Source of the DNA: an uncultured Planctomycetaceae bacterium
Lineage (GTDB): Bacteria > Planctomycetota > Phycisphaerae > Phycisphaerales > Zrk34
Length of the DNA stretch: 32,000 bases
NCBI GenBank assembly: GCA_964395825.1
Contig: CAYNCM010000007.1
Coordinates: forward strand, 10,514 to 42,513
Direction of reading: 5' to 3'
In this document: positions 31,398 through 32,000 of the stretch, piece after piece
Layout of the letters: the number at the start of each line of letters is the position of its first letter
Position numbering within the stretch: position 1 is the stretch's first letter
The notes under the pieces: generated by a model
What the model was told of the DNA's origin: nothing
Databases searched by the model: none
The model's input: only the letters and a program-made list of their open reading frames with translations
Program-made: the position numbers and the translations under genes

Positions 31398-32000
31398 TCA
31401 CGGACGGCTCAGGTAGATGGCGGTCGGGTTCACGAGCACGCGGTTGCATTTCAGGTTCAGGCCCTGCGCGGTCGCGGTCACCTTCACGGGGAACCGCGGC
31501 GGTTCAATGGTGTAGCTGTAGTCCACGCCTTCGCCCCGCCAGTCGCCGGTCAGGCCCCGCACCCGCAAGTCGATCGTGCCCGCGGCCAACTCCGATCCGC
31601 GGCGTGGCAATATCACCACCAGCACGCGATCGGGCGCGCCGTCGTCGTTCGGGCGTGCGCTGATCACCTGGTAATACGCCTGCGCATCGTCGGTCGCCGC
31701 GAAACGCACCGCGCGATCGGCGAAGAATGTGCCCAGCCGCGTCATCAGGTTGGCCCCGCTGCCGCGGCCGGCTCGCGTCTTCTCGCCGTACCAGAACACC
31801 TTGGCCTGGTCGGCGTTCAGATCGTCAGTCGCCACCCAGCGCAGAAAATACATGCCGCGTTCCAGCACGGTCGGGGCACCCCGCCCGCTTACGCCATGCT
31901 CCTCGGTAATCCAGAGGCCCTTGACCTTGTCCGTACGCAGATAGTCGCGCACATACTGGTGGAGCCGCTGGGTGTTCGCGTGCCTGGGCGGGGCGAGCAT
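31398..32000 (-). CDS. C-terminal part of a paralogous clan GH-A-like protein (5' end beyond the window)
   Basis: The frame is open to base 32000. It contains KVKGLWITEEHGVSGRGA, parallel to KVEGLWITEELGARGAGA of the downstream gene. A comparable C-terminal beta-rich tail follows. Stop at 31398-31400, 46 nt upstream of the next start. Confidence 0.6.
   Translation of the reverse strand: MLAPPRHANTQRLHQYVRDYLRTDKVKGLWITEEHGVSGRGAPTVLERGMYFLRWVATDDLNADQAKVFWYGEKTRAGRGSGANLMTRLGTFFADRAVRFAATDDAQAYYQVISARPNDDGAPDRVLVVILPRRGSELAAGTIDLRVRGLTGDWRGEGVDYSYTIEPPRFPVKVTATAQGLNLKCNRVLVNPTAIYLSRP

Noticed and set aside
1-32000. Search by eye for tRNA/rRNA genes, CRISPR repeat-spacer arrays, and recognisable defence, toxin-antitoxin or phage modules.
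   Set aside because: I saw no T-loop (GGTTCGAATCC-like) cloverleaf candidates in the intergenic regions. I saw no regularly spaced 25-40-bp repeats. I recognised no nuclease, helicase, methylase, reverse transcriptase, or integrase beyond the two IS relics.

Overview
High-GC bacterial chromosomal segment. PEP-CTERM tails, several sulfatases and LamG-glycosidase proteins suggest a PVC/Planctomycetota-like organism, but this is inferred from gene content only.

Layout, left to right:
1. 3' part of trigger factor, then a truncated IS3-family relic.
2. Two hypothetical genes and a large GHL10 (DUF187)-type glycosidase-like gene.
3. The most unusual block. One 1076-aa gene fuses fatty acyl-AMP ligase, carrier protein and a PLP alpha-oxoamine synthase. 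It is translationally coupled (ATGA overlap) to a ~370-aa GNAT-like acyltransferase. A MacB/DevCAB-type tripartite exporter is transcribed divergently, followed by a PAPS-type sulfotransferase. I read this as a compact pathway for a phosphorus-free, sphingoid/ceramide-like and possibly sulfated aminolipid.
4. An IS5-family relic, then a complete Pho regulon block: OprO/P-type porin, phoB-phoR, pstS-pstC-pstA-pstB, phoU. Its three promoter regions share 11-bp-phased TAAC repeats, which I take to be the organism's Pho boxes.
5. Two co-transcribed PEP-CTERM surface proteins with C-type-lectin-like folds: a cysteine-free CTLD, and an FGE-sulfatase-fold protein lacking the catalytic Cys pair.
6. 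A minus-strand operon: tandem LamG/clan-GH-A-like paralogs, a decayed sulfatase mosaic and an intact CxPxR sulfatase.

I found no rRNA, tRNA or CRISPR array. Most long overlapping or antisense ORFs in the track are high-GC artefacts. All functional calls rest on motifs read by eye; no database search was possible.
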